Assembly (NCBI RefSeq): GCF_036321535.1
Contig: NC_087436.1
Coordinates: 10,726,001 to 10,790,000 of the forward strand
Direction of reading: 5' to 3'
DNA from: Camelus dromedarius
Taxonomy: Eukaryota
DNA length: 64,000 nucleotides
The position numbers and the translations under genes were made by a program. The notes under the pieces were generated by a model. It searched no databases and was not told where the DNA came from. It saw only the letters and a list, made by a program, of their open reading frames with translations. Shown piece by piece: positions 38,896 to 52,250 of the stretch. How positions within the stretch are numbered: the stretch's first letter is position 1; every line of letters begins with the position of its first letter.

Positions 38896-40910
38896 AGAAA
38901 GCAAGCTGAGACTGACCTATAAATGGGAAGTTCTGAGTTACCTTAACTTGTAAAAGGTAAAATTTGTAAAATTTGCTTTATTCAACCATCATGTTTAAAT
39001 ACAGATCTGCAGATAAGTTAATTTCAATTACAAGCAATAAAATATTTGTGCTCAACAGATCTGTTATAATCCTAGAACCATCACTGCAGTGTTTGATCAT
39101 AAGTCTGCCAGCACCTGTTCCCTCCATGTAATTGCTCTCAGGTGATAACTTTTCCCATTAGATGTAAGGAACAGACTCTATTATTTTCTTACTCACCTGA
39201 ACATGGTTGACAGGTGAAATAAAAGCTTCTTGCATGGAGTTTCATTGATGGGAAAATTTCCCAGGTTTCATTACTCTCTCAGAGCAAAAGATGATGCACT
39301 TTGATTATTCACCATTTTGAACAAAGTTAAAAGAACAAACCTTAGAAATCAACATATAACAGCAGTCAAATTAAAAAAAAAAACAAACTGTTTTTCAGTT
39401 GCAGAAATTGTTTGGGATGAGTAATGTTTTCCTCCTGACTTTAGTTCTTAAAGGACTCTTTCAAAAAAAAAAAAAATCACGATTTTACCTTTTGCTCATT
39501 AAGTCAGCCAAGAGGAGGGAAAATAATAAAAGCCTTTCACTTTGTGTGAGTCACATTTCACTGTAAATACAGAGCAGATTTTCCCAGGGAAAAATGACAT
39601 TAAATGTGTCATTCACTGTTCAGTAGCAATGACCCAGTTAGAGCTAACCATTCTGTGTTAAAAACTTTATGCTTAATGAAAAATGCAAGAAGCTTGTCTG
39701 ATTCAGAAACCCTGGAATCATGAAAATGCCTACTATGACAGGCGACAGGTATCAGAAAGCAGGGGATGGTGACGGCCAAGAAAAAAATGTCAAAGGTAAT
39801 GCTGGAGGTGTCAAAAGACCTCTCGAACAGAGCACCCAGGGCTTTCTCTTTCAGCCTCATTCAGCTTCATCAGAAGATAATTTCCTCAAGGACTTGTAAA
39901 CATAAATGGGAGTATTAAATATTTAATTTCTTATTTACAACATGAAATGAAATTCTCTCCTTACCGTTCCAGCATTTTGATGTCTCTGTGCTGTCAAAAA
40001 ACCCAATTTCTTTTAGTAGTAACAAGGTTAAATAAAATAGCATTCAATGATTTTAAAACAAAAAATTATCCAAAAGTAGTGAACATTTTCTTTGTGGCTG
40101 TGTTTTAATTTTATCTAGTGTGTTACTGTATTCCTTCCTTCAGTTTAATGACTTAAAACCCTATATTGTTATTTAATCCTGAATGAAAATCTTATTCTTA
40201 TTTTTGTATGAAGAACTGAGACCTGTGAAGTAACTACACTGCCAGTCAGTAACAGAAAGAAAAGCAATCTGCATATAAAAGCCAGCTACATTTTAGCACT
40301 TAGTGATGACAAGAGTTTATATTTACTGAGCAGTCAATATGTCCCCAAACTATGCAAAGAACTTTTATTTTATATACTATTTATAACTACTCAGTGATAG
40401 GGGCACTCATGTTATCTGCATCTGAAAAATGAAAATAAGGTTTTTGCAGGATAAGTTGTCCACTTTAAACTGAGTAGAGCCCTGCAGTGGGGTGGGTGGG
40501 GGGCCCCAAGTGCAAAGGCCCCTCTGTATCTGCTGCCTCTTATTTGTAGAAAGTCTGAAGTCTCCCAGGACTCCCTGGGTCACAAAAGAGCAGCTCAAGC
40601 AGTTACTGATTAAGACAATAGAGTCACAGAATCTCTCAGTATCAGAGGCACACTCCTGAGTCATTTTACACTGTAACTGCCATCACAGGGAAAAAGCTAA
40701 CTGCGTGGGGACCAGACTGCAGTCATGACACAAGCTGCTCCATCTTGAGCAGCACTGAATCTATGTTTAGCACAGTTCCAAGGACTGGCTTCAAGAGAAT
40801 GGGATTAACATTATTGCTCATAATAATCTGTATCTTTGTGGGCATCAAAATAATTGTAGCTTGCTCTGCCTGTATATATAAGAGGGCAACTAAAATTGTC
40901 AGCAAAGAGC

Positions 40911-41570
40911 TGCTACAGACCCATGTTGACCTCTCCCACTCTGAGAACACGGCGCCCCAGGTCAGCATGAAGCAGTCAGAGAAGATGGATCTGCGCCCCT
41001 AACCCCACAGAAATGGAATGATGTCTGACAAGTGGCGATTTGTAAGCAGTTCTTTTGCTCCTTTTCTGCTTGCCTATTTCTGTTCCCTTTAAACCTTGAT
41101 TACAGAAATGAGATCATTAGGCAGTTTAACCTAACTCCTGATTTATGCTCTCCTGCATACATACCATGCCCTGTCTAACCTGTTGATTCTTTTCCTAGAT
41201 TAAAAGAAGTAAGAATGAAGAGTGAAGCAGTTTAAAAATGAGTAGCTCTCAACCCCAAGTGCCCCCTCAGCAATCCTGCAGGCAGATCACCCGGGCAAGA
41301 TAACATCTGAAGGCAGAGTCAAGCAGTCTGCACACAATGGAGATGATGCAGACCCCAACCTCCTGCCTTGATGATGCAATGAGTTTCTTCCCCCTTTTTT
41401 TCCCTTTAAAAACTGTCCTGGCTGGGCTGAATCTTTGGAGTTGGTTTTGTGATATGAGTGCGCTTTCACCCTAGACTGCCAACTTTCTGATTAAAAGCAA
41501 CTTTCCTTTCTACCAACACTTGCCTCCTGAGTAGTGGCTTTTGAGCAGCAAGCAGCCAAACCTGGTAACT
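40911..41570 (+). mobile_element. ERV1-class solo LTR
   Basis: TATA-like CCCTTTAAAAAC ~41402, then ATTAAAAGCAACTTTCCTTTC...GGCTTTTGAGCAGCAAGCAGCCAAACCTGGTAAC. The U5 is clearly related to the LTR at 62905-63497. The 5' boundary is approximate. Confidence 0.75.
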
Positions 41571-43287
41571 GTGACACAGAAGAACTCGGGCTGGAAACTT
41601 GGTCTCTACAGAAGCAAAATCCCTGTTCTAAATCACTGCTCTGTGTCTCTTCCTGTCAGGGAGTGAACTATTCATCTTCTTGGGTTAAGATTATATAATA
41701 AGAAGAAAGATGTTAAGTCTCTCACCTAATTTAAAAGAACCAGAAGTTTTCTAAATGAGTAATCATGTAATTTACACTCTGTCTGCCCACTGAGGATTTG
41801 GTGATACTATAAAGGGACAGTTTTTGTTTGTTTGTTTTCTTTGAAACACTTGCTAGGAATTTGAAGTTTTTCTGTGATTTCTCTGCTCTGACTATCCAAC
41901 TAATATGGTAAGCCAAAAATCTCTACTTTAAAATTTTCTACTTTTGAAAAATTTCTAATTGCTCTTGAAGTTCAATTAACCAAATACTGTAAGATCTCTC
42001 TACAATCATAAAACGATAGTAAAAATAAGTTGTAAGGAAGCCACAGAAAATTAAAAATCTAACTACACTACACAGTTTGATGAAACTTTTCAGAATGAGG
42101 TATTTCAGAGTAATATCTTCTGAGGGGATACAACTGAATTCATACTTCATCAACAGTGACCATTAACAACAGCTCAGCTTTAGTAATGTAACCATAAACA
42201 TCAAGTTCAAGACTGAACACTGTAAATGACCCACTCGATTCTGCATTGTTAGATTTCCGCTTCTGAACACTATACGTACATAGCATGACACCCCCAACCC
42301 CACTTACCTTTGGCAAGAAGTACAAATGAGAAATGATACATTTTTATTTCATGTCACAGGGACCAAAGTAAAACTTAGTATCATTTGCACTCTTTTTTCT
42401 TGAATGGGACCAAGTTGCTCCAAAAAATAACTGAAAGAAGCTTCAATTTCCCAAAATTATAAAACAGGGTGCTTTGCTATGTCAGACATCAAAGAATTAG
42501 ATGTCTGACATAATCAACAACTAGAAAGATAAAACAAGGAAAAAGTTGGCCCATTAACTTATTACAACACAGCCTCCACATTCATCTTTGTTTCAAATAA
42601 AGCAAGTCTATTTAGTTTTCAAAGATCCACAAAACTACCTTTGAATCAATGCCTCATTACTTTTAAAATTAATTATTGCTAACAATGAGGCTGCAATTTT
42701 TAAACAGGTAATCATAGGCTATTATATATTTAATAGGAATATAGTCAATATACGTAATAATTATATATAATAGTTGCTCAAACTAGGAATTTAAATCAAT
42801 AACAAAACAAAAAATTAGTCCGCATTTATAATAGAGAAAAACAAATTTAAGATTATGATGAACAAGTATGATTTTACCAAATAAAAATTAGAATAATTTA
42901 CCATTAAAATATAGCATTTATACCAAATAAAATTTTAATAACAATAATATAATAGCTAACATTTACTGAGAAGTTACTATTTGCAGGCACTGTTCTAAGC
43001 ATTTATTGTATAACCTCATTCAACAATAGACAGTTCCTTTCTTCCTTGACTTATTTTTTTTGGGGGGGGGGTGTATGGAGGGAGAATGGAAGCCATTCTT
43101 AATAAAACCAAAGAACAGTAATATTTCTGCCAAAACAAGTCATCATTATTCTATATTTTTGAATGCATGAAACATGATTTCCTCATACATCTGTATAACA
43201 CGATCACATTGGTATAGCATTGCCAATTTGGAAATGTTTAGTCAATTGTGGGCCAATAAATTGACTAGACTGTCAGTTTTCTGTTTT

Positions 43288-43795
43288 CACTTCATTCATC
43301 AATTCATTTTAATAAATATTTCCTTCTACCGTTACCGATAATGGGAACAAATGCAGGTGGGAATAAAACAGGCAGCACTAAACGAATCATTCCAAAGTCA
43401 GTTTACAAATACAAACTGTGATAGCTTCAACAAGGGAAAACTATACTTTATTAAGAAAACTTACAAAAAAAGAAACCAATTTTGACTGAGATCAAAAGAA
43501 ATTAGATGTCACTAAATGTGTGATATTTAAGCAGAACCTTGAAGAGAGGAACTTCTGGGTGAAGGTTTCCTGGAGGAGCACTTAGGCAGGGGGCACTGCA
43601 TGTTGGAGCCCTTGATGTCAGAGAGCTCTGTGTCTTCAAGAAATGAACTAGTCAGTGTTGATGAAAGAAAATAAAGAAATCCTGAGAAGAGGCTGGAAAG
43701 GCAGGCAGGACCCAGGCCTGGTGGGTCACATCAAGACTGTGGAATTTGATTCAAAATCAATGGGAAGGTATTTAAAGGGTTTTATGGAGGAAAGA
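43288..43795 (-). mobile_element. L2 remnant
   Basis: TTCATTCATCAATTCATTTTAATAAATATTT terminus and GGAATTTGATTCAAAATCAATGGGAAGGTATTTAAAGGGTTT. Confidence 0.7.
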
Positions 43796-44294
43796 TGGCT
43801 TCTTCTGACACCTGGGCTGGATCCTTTCTGTTTCCTTCTGTGCCCCTACTGCAAATTGGGAAATATGAGCTTTACTTAATGCCCAGACCTAAAACTCCAG
43901 AAAGGAATTTAACCTGAAGCCGGACCTTCATGGACCAACTGCAGAGGTTTAACTTCAGTTAAATCTGAGTCTAGTTTCTAGACACCATCTAAAGATACCT
44001 CCTAAGAAGACATGGTAATCTTTGCTTTCCCGCTGGTAATTGCCTACATAACATGAGTCTGGGGATAACGGCCATTCCCCACCAACTGAACAAATGATCA
44101 AGCAAGAGGAAAAAAAAAAAGGAATCTTTTAGAATCTTTACAGGTGGTATCAGGTAAAAAACAGTGCTATTTCAGAAGAAGGAAATGTGTAAAAACTCTG
44201 AAAAGTGAAAATTGGGCATTTAAAAGCTTCCTTGTATTATAAACTTTAAATGAAAAAAGCAAGAGAATCAGGTCAGCATTTCATGGCATTAACA

Positions 44295-44720
44295 TTAGAT
44301 AAGGGGCTGCTATTTTGATGGATACACCTCCAGAAATCTCAATGGCTTAACAAATACTAGTGCTTTAATATTTGTTTCTCTACTCAAATCAAGGGCGAAA
44401 TGCTCTTCCAGGTCAGAAGACTCTCCTCCAAATGGTAATTCAAGAATATTTCCTTCTAAATTGATAGCTCTGCCATTTTAAATGCAGTTTCCAAGATCTC
44501 CGAGCTTACCTACATATTAAACCTCAGGAGGAGCATGAAGCATCACATGAAGGATGTTTCTATAGCCCAGGGCTGGAATCTTTTCACAGTTCACAGTTCA
44601 CAGTTCACAGTTCAGAATTCACTGCCCGGAACTCAGTCCTACCTAACTGCATGGCAGTTGGCTGTGTCCCCAGGAGGAAGAGCGGGTGGGTTGGATTAGT
44701 AGTCAGATAATCTCTGATAC
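44295..44720 (-). mobile_element. Old MaLR LTR (MLT1-like)
   Basis: AAATCTCAATGGCTTAACA...TTTGTTTCTC...CCTAACTGCA...GCTGTGTCCCCAGGAGGAAGAG match reverse MLT1 motifs. Confidence 0.6.
44583..44615. repeat. (TTCACAG)4 tandem repeat
   Basis: Four perfect 7-mers plus a partial fifth. Confidence 0.95.
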
Positions 44721-45977
44721 TACAGGGCCACCTTTGGACATATATTTCTCGAAATTCTACAGTGCAAAGTGGCTGACATTAAAGCAGAGAGATCTAGATG
44801 CATGGAGAATGAGGGATGGCCTATACCAAAATAAAACAAAACGGGAGCTGTTCTGTCCCATTTGTAGCAAAGTTCTTATCTGAAGCCACCTGTAAAGACT
44901 CTTGTCTTTCTCCGCTTGCCTGATCATTTGTCCAGCATGTGAGAAATGGCAGTTATACCCAGCAGATGTTATGTATGAAAATTCTAGTGAGGAAGCCAAG
45001 ATTACTGTGTCTTCTTGGGAAATATTTTAATCATATCAATGACTTTAATTGTCCCCATTGTACAAATATAGCATTACAAATTGCCTTTTTCCTTCATGAA
45101 TCACTGCCTCTTCTCCTAAAATCAATCCTCTTCATTTAACATGCATCTGTAATTGGAATATTTTACTAATATGAAAAATCTCTTAATTAATTTTACTACT
45201 GAGTGGCCTCTCAGTAGAAGGGAATTTGAGTCTCATGACAAGTGTGTGTAAATTAGAATTAATGATGAGAAGTATCTGAACCACTACAAGAAAAAAAGTA
45301 TTAAAAACAGTTTAAAAAAAGATTAAAAAATTAGGCCTTATTGACTCTGAAATGAGTTAGCTGAATAAACATCTTGGTTAGGCAAGTTACATATAATTAA
45401 ATGTTTTCTACTTTTTTTTCCCCTTGAAAATTATTCTTCCACGAGTAGTGCAAAAGAAAATTCTGCTATATTATTTCAGTTTTCAGTTATAAATTAAAGA
45501 ATATGTAAAGAGGAACTGATGTATCAGCCTGAATGCAGGATGGAGTATTGATTAGAAAGAGGCAACAGTGGAAATTGATTGATTGATAAGAAAACAATTA
45601 CATTTTGCCAAAGTGTGAGAGGGGTTGGGTCATTTACCAGCATCCCTAAAAATGAAGAGAAGTTGATGACTTAAAGCAACAGAACATTTTAGAAACAGAA
45701 TTGACAGATTTTCATGGCAGGTTACATAGGGAAGGAGGGAGAGAGACATCAAGTCTAATTTCTCAGTTTCTAGCATGAGCAATTGGATACATGTAGATTC
45801 CACAAACCAAAATGGAGAAAATTAGAAGGTAGATATGATAAAAGCATCAAGAGTTTACTTTGAGGCATATTAAGACATAAATATTAGTGTACCTTGGCAC
45901 ATAGATGTTTAACACTATGAGAGCAGATGAACAGAACTGAAAGAATAACTGAGCAATTCTAGTTCTGAGCCTTAAGA

Positions 45978-46215
45978 AAGTCAGAAGTCATGGGTAACCT
46001 GGGGGTACTACTTGAAACTGGCATCTGAAGGGGGGCAGCCTTACGGGAGGGAGCCCTTAACCTGCGGTGTCTGCATAACTCCTGTTAGTATCAGAATTGA
46101 ATTAAATTGTAGAACACTCAGCTGGTGTCACAGAGAAGTGCTTGGTGTGTGGAAAAAACCCACACATCTGGCGTCAGAAGTACTGTATACGTGAATAGAG
46201 AATAAACCCAGCAGG
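45978..46215 (+). mobile_element. MER21-like LTR fragment
   Basis: TGGCATCTGAAGGGGGGCAG...GAGCCCTTAACCTG...TCAGAATTGAATTAAATTGTAGAACACTCAGCTGGTGTC...CCCACACAT. Confidence 0.85.
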
Positions 46216-46364
46216 AGGATTTGTTCAACTCAGAGGCCATTTGGGATTAGGAAGTCAGAAGTGGAATGAAGAAAGTGAAGGTGAACTTCAGTCAATTATT
46301 TTGGTAGATTTTGTTCTGAAGGAAGCTGGAGCGATGGGGAAGAGGTAGATTTCAATGGAGATAT

Positions 46365-46365
<1 letters not shown>

Positions 46366-46417
<52 letters not shown>
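46366..46417. repeat. (TAGA)13 tetranucleotide microsatellite
   Basis: Read directly from the sequence. Confidence 0.98.
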
Positions 46418-46419
<2 letters not shown>

Positions 46420-46647
46420 TAGATATATATATTTTAAAGATGGAGGACACTACAACTTGTTTGAATACTTAGGGGAAAGAAAAATTGGAATGGGAGAAAT
46501 CAAAGAAATAATGTAGTAAATCAATGGAGCAAAGTCCCTGAGAAGGAAGAGTATGACTGTGGTGTAATGTGGTCTTTGACTTCCTTTGAAAGCAATGAAT
46601 AATAGTGATGATGATGGTGATATGAAAAAGGAGAGGAAAAGGGCAAA

Positions 46648-46890
46648 AACAACATTTACTGAACATTCAGCACGTCCTAAGTGCTACGCCAAGCTCTGAC
46701 ACATGTTTCTCCCATTTAGTCCTCTTGACAACCACATAAAGAACCATTATTTCCTCCACTTTACAAGGGAGAAAAATAAGGATTTCCAAGGCCTCTTATG
46801 TAAGATCACCCAGCCAGTATGTGGTGAGTCCAGCACTGGGAACACCAGTGTGTCCATCTGTCCGTCTCCAGAACCTGTGGTCTGAGCTAT
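46648..46890 (-). mobile_element. MIR SINE
   Basis: AACATTTACTGAACATT...ATTATTTCCTCCACTTTACAAGGGAGAAAAAT...AAGATCACCCAGCCAGTATGTGG. Confidence 0.75.
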
Positions 46891-47587
46891 TTAACTAAAG
46901 ATAGTTTTCTGTTTCTATCTTTCCAGAGATGTTAACAGATTTATTATACTTTTTTTATTTCATGAAAATAACAAAAATGTATGTCTTCATGAAAGTAACA
47001 AAAATAACATGAAAATAACAAAAAAAGAAGACATACATGAGTTTGTTTCACCATCTTATTTCAGACATGTAGACATACAGATAATAGATATAGATATATT
47101 CACACACTAATGGATAGGGAAAAACAGCAAAAAGTAGAAATGCGACTGAAGGTGAATAGGCAAATGAGAAGTCTGTACATGTGTATGTGTGTTTACATTA
47201 CATGTGTGTATTTTTATGTCACATAAAAATCCCTATCATAAGTAATTCATTCCCTAACTTGGATAAATATTCAATGGGCCTTTAATCCCCTTTTTTCTGG
47301 AATTTTATTTTTAAAACACATTGATAATAGGCAGCAAAAAAGTGATATGAATAATATATAAATATATTCTAATAAAATTATATTATGTCATTAATATTTG
47401 TAAATGTTAAAATTAGAAGCTAGTTTCAGAAAAATTTAAAAGAATACATATCAAATATGAGATGTTCTTGGGGCCCAATAAATTATATTATCCTAAAATC
47501 TTAATTCTTTGCTCTATGAAAGTACATTTCAAAATTTAAATATGTACATGATAAATAACAAAAATCTTATGAATTAAAATGTAACTT

Positions 47588-48774
47588 GGTTCTGCACAGC
47601 AAAGGAAGCCATCAAGAAAACAAAGGCAACCTATGGAGTGGGAGAAAATATTTGCAAATCATGCATCTGATAAAGGGTTAATATCTAAAATAACTCATAC
47701 AACCCAACAGCAGCAAGCCAATCTGATTTAAAAATAGGCAGAGGACGAGAATAGACATTTTTTCAAAGAAGACATACAAATGGCCAACAGTACATGAAAA
47801 GGTGCTCAGCCTCACTCATCATCAGGGAAATGCAAATCAAAGCCACAATGAGATCACTCAACACCTGTCAAAATGGCCATTATCAAAAAGACAAGAAATA
47901 ACAAATACTCTCAAGGATGCAGAGAAAAGGGAACATTTGTGCACAGTTTGTGGGAATGTAAATTGGTGCAGCCACTATAGAAAACACCAAGGAAGTGCCT
48001 CACACAATTAAAAACAGAACTACCATATGATCCATCAATTCCATTTCTGGGTTATTTACTTGACGAAGATGAAACCACTAACTTGAAAAGATAAATGCAC
48101 CCTCATTGTTCATTGCAGCATTATTTACAATAGCTAAGACATGGAAGTAAACTAAGCGTCCATTGACAGATGACTGGATAAATTATATGTACATATGCAT
48201 ATGTATGTGTATGTCTATGTGTATACATATATACACATATATGTATGTAATGGAATATTACTCAATCATAAAAAGGAAATCTTGCCATTTACAACAACAT
48301 GGATGGATCTTGAAGGCATTATGCTAAGGGAAATAAGTCAGACACAGAAAGATAAATTCTGTATGATGTCATTTATATGTGAAACCTATAAAAATGAACT
48401 TATAGAAACACAGAACAGATTAGTGGTTGCCAGAATTAGTGGTGATGGGTGAAGAAAATGGGTAAGGGTGACCAAAAGGAAAATTTCCAGTTGTAAAATT
48501 AATAAATCATGGAGATGTAATCTATAGCATGGTGACTATAATTAATAATTATAATTAATAATTATTAACTATAGTTAATAATACTGCCTTGTGTATTTGA
48601 AAATTGCTAAGAGAGTAGATCTTAAAAATTCTGACTATAAGAAAAGAAATTGTAGCTCTGTGTGGTGATAGATCTTGTGGTGATAATCTTGCAATATACA
48701 CAAATACCAATCATTATGTTGTACACCTGAAACTAATATAATATGCAGTTATATGTCAATTTTAAAAAGTCCAA
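47588..48774 (+). mobile_element. 5'-truncated L1 (L1MA-like; ORF2 3' part plus 3' UTR)
   Basis: TTCTGCACAGCAAAGGAA, GGGAGAAAATATTTGCAAATCATG, CTACCATATGATCCATCAATTCC and TGTTGTACACCTGAAACTAATAT. TSD AAAATGTAACTT (47576-47587) / AAAATGCAACCT (48775-48786). Confidence 0.95.
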
Positions 48775-49600
48775 AAAATGCAACCTATTCCAACCAGTTT
48801 ACAAGAACAATTTTTAGATATCACGCAGTGGAAACATTAATAAAACCTTAACACACACAAAAAAGGAATTTGGGGTTTTTAAATTTGAACCTTCCAGTAA
48901 AATATATATAGTCTTCACACCAATAAGAAACTATATGCTTTACAGTGTCAGTATTAATAAATATATTCTAACTAGAATATGCACATAAAAAAATATATGA
49001 CTAAGTCTGAGAATGACAGTCATTAGTTACCGTAATTTCATGGCATTCTGTTACTTTAAAAAATGTGTGAATTAAAATGAAATTAAAAATGGAACAGTAA
49101 AGCTAAAGGAGCAGTGACATTTATAATGAAAAAAATGTGATGTGTATATTAAAAATTAATCCGTTATCAGAAATATTAAGACATAACAGGGCTTTAAGCA
49201 ATTCAGAGTGACTCTGCATGTTAGACTCTGCTGTCCATCCACTGCACATCTTGTGAGAGAAAGTTAGCTGTGGGCAACACCCAGCATCCTACAGCGTTAG
49301 ACAAGTTGGGGAGAGATCTCAACATTTTAGCCCCAACAATGGATACATTAAAATGTCTAACATAACTTTCTGGATTTTTTCTGGGACTATTAAAACTGGA
49401 CAAAAATTAAAATGAGAGTTTTTTGTCACTTATTAGTGACATCTTATTTTTCCTATACAATTGAGTATATTGTGGTATTGTAAACAGAGCTCTTTTGAAA
49501 TAAATTTATAAGGGTAAGGTCATTCTCCTTTAAGAGTAAAGATATGGTTCTTACTGCCAAGATATTCTTTGAAGACTATTTGATTTTCCACGGTTGGCAA

Positions 49601-49624
49601 ACACACACACACACACACACACAC
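49601..49624. repeat. (AC)12 microsatellite
   Basis: Read directly from the sequence. Confidence 0.95.
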
Positions 49625-49734
49625 AAACCCAGAATTTTTAAAAATGCTTCTTAAAAACTATAGTTATAAAAATAAAGCTAAACATACCTAAAAGACTATC
49701 AAAGTGAAAAATGGAATATTTCAAATATTATGCT

Positions 49735-49920
49735 GTATAAATGGGGGAATAGCACCTTTTTAATAAACGATGCTATAACAACAGAAATACATTTATGGAA
49801 AAAAATGAATGTTGACCTCTATTTCATTTCATACACAAAAATTAATTTGAGGTGGCTCATGGACATACATATAAAAGCTAAAACTATAAAGCTTCTAGAG
49901 AAAATGTAGAACACCTCAAT
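49735..49920 (+). mobile_element. Old L1 ORF2 fragment
   Basis: CATACACAAAAATTAATTTGAGGTGG...AAAGCTAAAACTATAAAGCTTCTAGAGAAAA. Confidence 0.75.
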
Positions 49921-50292
49921 GTCTGAATATTTCCACGTTCACAACTGCAATAAGAAGTCCTGATTTTAAGAAAACAAGCTCACCCAAGAATTCACTGCTC
50001 TTCTCTCCCAAATTAAAGCCAGTAATGTATATGGCAGTATGGGCTTGGAGAGATGCTACAGACAGGACCAGAGATTGTGCCTGGACCATGCTATGAAGCA
50101 GAAAGATGCCAGCAATTGCAGAGAAGGTTGAAATTCAACACAGGCAAAGAAAAGGACCCTTGGAAAATAAATAGACACCTCCTTCCATTAAAACCCCCAA
50201 ACAGAGACAAAGGGTCCAGGGTTGATGGAGAAGAGTGGTAGATGGATGCAAAGAGGGAAAAACTGGAAGTTCAAGAACTACAGCCAATTCCC

Positions 50293-50826
50293 TGTAGCAC
50301 TTGTCCCTGGTGTGCTGGTCCTCTGATTATTTGCTTGTTGCTACGTTCCAGCCCCATTCTGTTCTGCTTTACAACTCAACGACCTAGGAAATCTACAAAG
50401 TACATTTCCTAGACTTTCCTTCAGGCTGGATTAGTTTGGGCTGTACCCATGGAGAGCATCAGAAGACAGAGAAGTGGGAGGGAGAAACTTCTTTTCTCTG
50501 CTTCCAGTGGTCTGTGTTAGTCATGTTGTCCGCAGTGTGTGGCCTGAGACTTGAAGGACCTTTGAAGTTTCTGCAGAGCATCAGAGGTTCAGCGCAGCAG
50601 CAAACTCCCAACACAGAGCTGCTCTTGGACTTTGGTTTGCCCACTCTCTCTCTTTTTTTTTTTTTATCCCAACAGGATAAAAAGAGCTTCCAACAGCTAT
50701 TAATATCAGGGCTATATCAATTTCCTTCTTCCTCCAACCATCCCAAAACTTTGATAACAAATTATTTGTATTTGTTTTCAATATTTATAATGGTTTGTGT
50801 TTTCCTGCATGGATGACAAGCGATAC
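50293..50826. mobile_element. Old ERVL-class LTR (LTR33-like)
   Basis: TGTAGC...GATACA termini, with CTACAAAGTACATTTCCTAGACTTTCCTTCAGGCTGG and GGTTTGTGTTTTCCTG motifs. Family assignment is from memory. Confidence 0.55.
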
Positions 50827-52019
50827 ACTGAGAGATTTTTCATGAGAGGTTACTCTTGCTTGCATGGGAGGAGAAAGGACAGTACTATTTCAGCGACATT
50901 AAAGTGACATCACTGGTACACTAGCTTTGGGGAGAGGGAATCCCTCAGCACAGCAGTGACTTCCTCTGCTTTTTTCTTCATCCTGGAAACTCTTTACTTT
51001 CCATTTTTAGGTGAAGTAGGTAAAGAAACACAGTGGGGGAAACGCTCGGCCGCTGATGGAATCGATTCTACTGACCACCACTGTTGAGTTCCTTCATCTT
51101 TAAAACTGACATGATGCTCAAAACGTGCTTCATAGAGTGGTTATGAGATTTAAATGAGCTAAAGCAAGTTAAATACTTAGTACAGGCCCTAAAGTATAGA
51201 AAGAAATAGGACTATTAGGAGCAGAAGCTACAGTAGTAGTTTTGGGTGGCAGCCACTCAAATTTCTGATTTAAGAACTGTGAGATAATCAATGGATGCTG
51301 CTTTACGCTACTAAATTTATGGTAGCTTCTTACACAAATTCTCAACAATTTTCTATCTGGTGAACATGATACCACACTGTGCTTGCAAGGCTATCATCCA
51401 TTTTTTAGTATAAATAAAGATTCTTTCTAAAACACACCTTTGTTTATATCATCTCACTTTAACAAATCTCCATTATCCTCAGGAAAATGTCCCTACTTTC
51501 TAACTGCTTAATATGATACTAAGCTAAGATCAAAGATTTTGTAAACGGCAAATCTAGATCCAATTTGTAGCTCTACCATTGTATTGTGACATTTGACCAA
51601 AGGCTTGAAAGTCTCATCTTCAGATTCTTTGTCAGTTTAGAAGACAGATCATAAATTGGTAGATTGTTGGGCAACTCCTGGCTAAGAGTCTGTTTTTTGT
51701 TTGTTTGTTTGTTTGTTTGGCAGGGATGTGTATTTATTTTTCTTTTTGGTGGGCAGAAAGTTTTAGTACATTTTTAAAACTTTAATGACTTTTAGGTAGG
51801 GCCCCCATTCCATGATTCCCCATAATCCCCACCAATTCCACTTGTCTTAATCCTTCCTCAGATTTTCCCATTACTCTCTGACTCTTGAAATCATTTGATG
51901 GTGCTACTTCTAGTCAAGAACGTTAAACAACAAAATTAAGTGAAGTTGAGAAAGAATTTGCAATTTAAGGGAGTTGGTGAGGAAGAGATAAGGGTGAGCA
52001 GGAATAGCCTGCAGCAAAC

Positions 52020-52250
52020 GTCAGGAGGACTGATAATCGTCCTAAAGAATTGTAAGCATTACCAGGGATGAGTTGTGAACTTGAAATACACTTTTCTAAA
52101 GTAACAGTAGCAAAAAACAATTTTCAGCCAACTGTGCTGGAGAAAATTTTGAACCATCTTCTCTCTATAAATAAGTGATACAATAAAATTGCTGACATAT
52201 AATTAAAAGTGATAAAAATATACAGTGAAAAAAAGGTATGGAAATATTAT
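52020..52250 (+). mobile_element. hAT (Tip100-like) DNA transposon remnant
   Basis: AAAAAACAATTTTCAGCCAACTGTGCTGGAGAAAATTTTGAACCATCTT resembles a decayed hAT dimerisation-domain region (R-S-T-M-x-x-E-R-L-N-x-L). Confidence 0.45.

Noticed and set aside
39965..39990. HRDIK as a protein kinase catalytic loop
   Set aside because: Lacks the following xxN and no other kinase motifs are nearby. A five-residue match is expected by chance.
42146..42262. EF-hand-like peptide FTVFSLELDVYGYITKAELL
   Set aside because: Loop residues do not fit the DxDxDG pattern, the splice sites are weak, and the implied intron to the 42308 donor would be only about 45 nt.
48561..48582. Perfect 22-bp palindrome ATTATTAACTATAGTTAATAAT
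   Set aside because: Low-complexity local duplication/inversion inside an L1 3' UTR.
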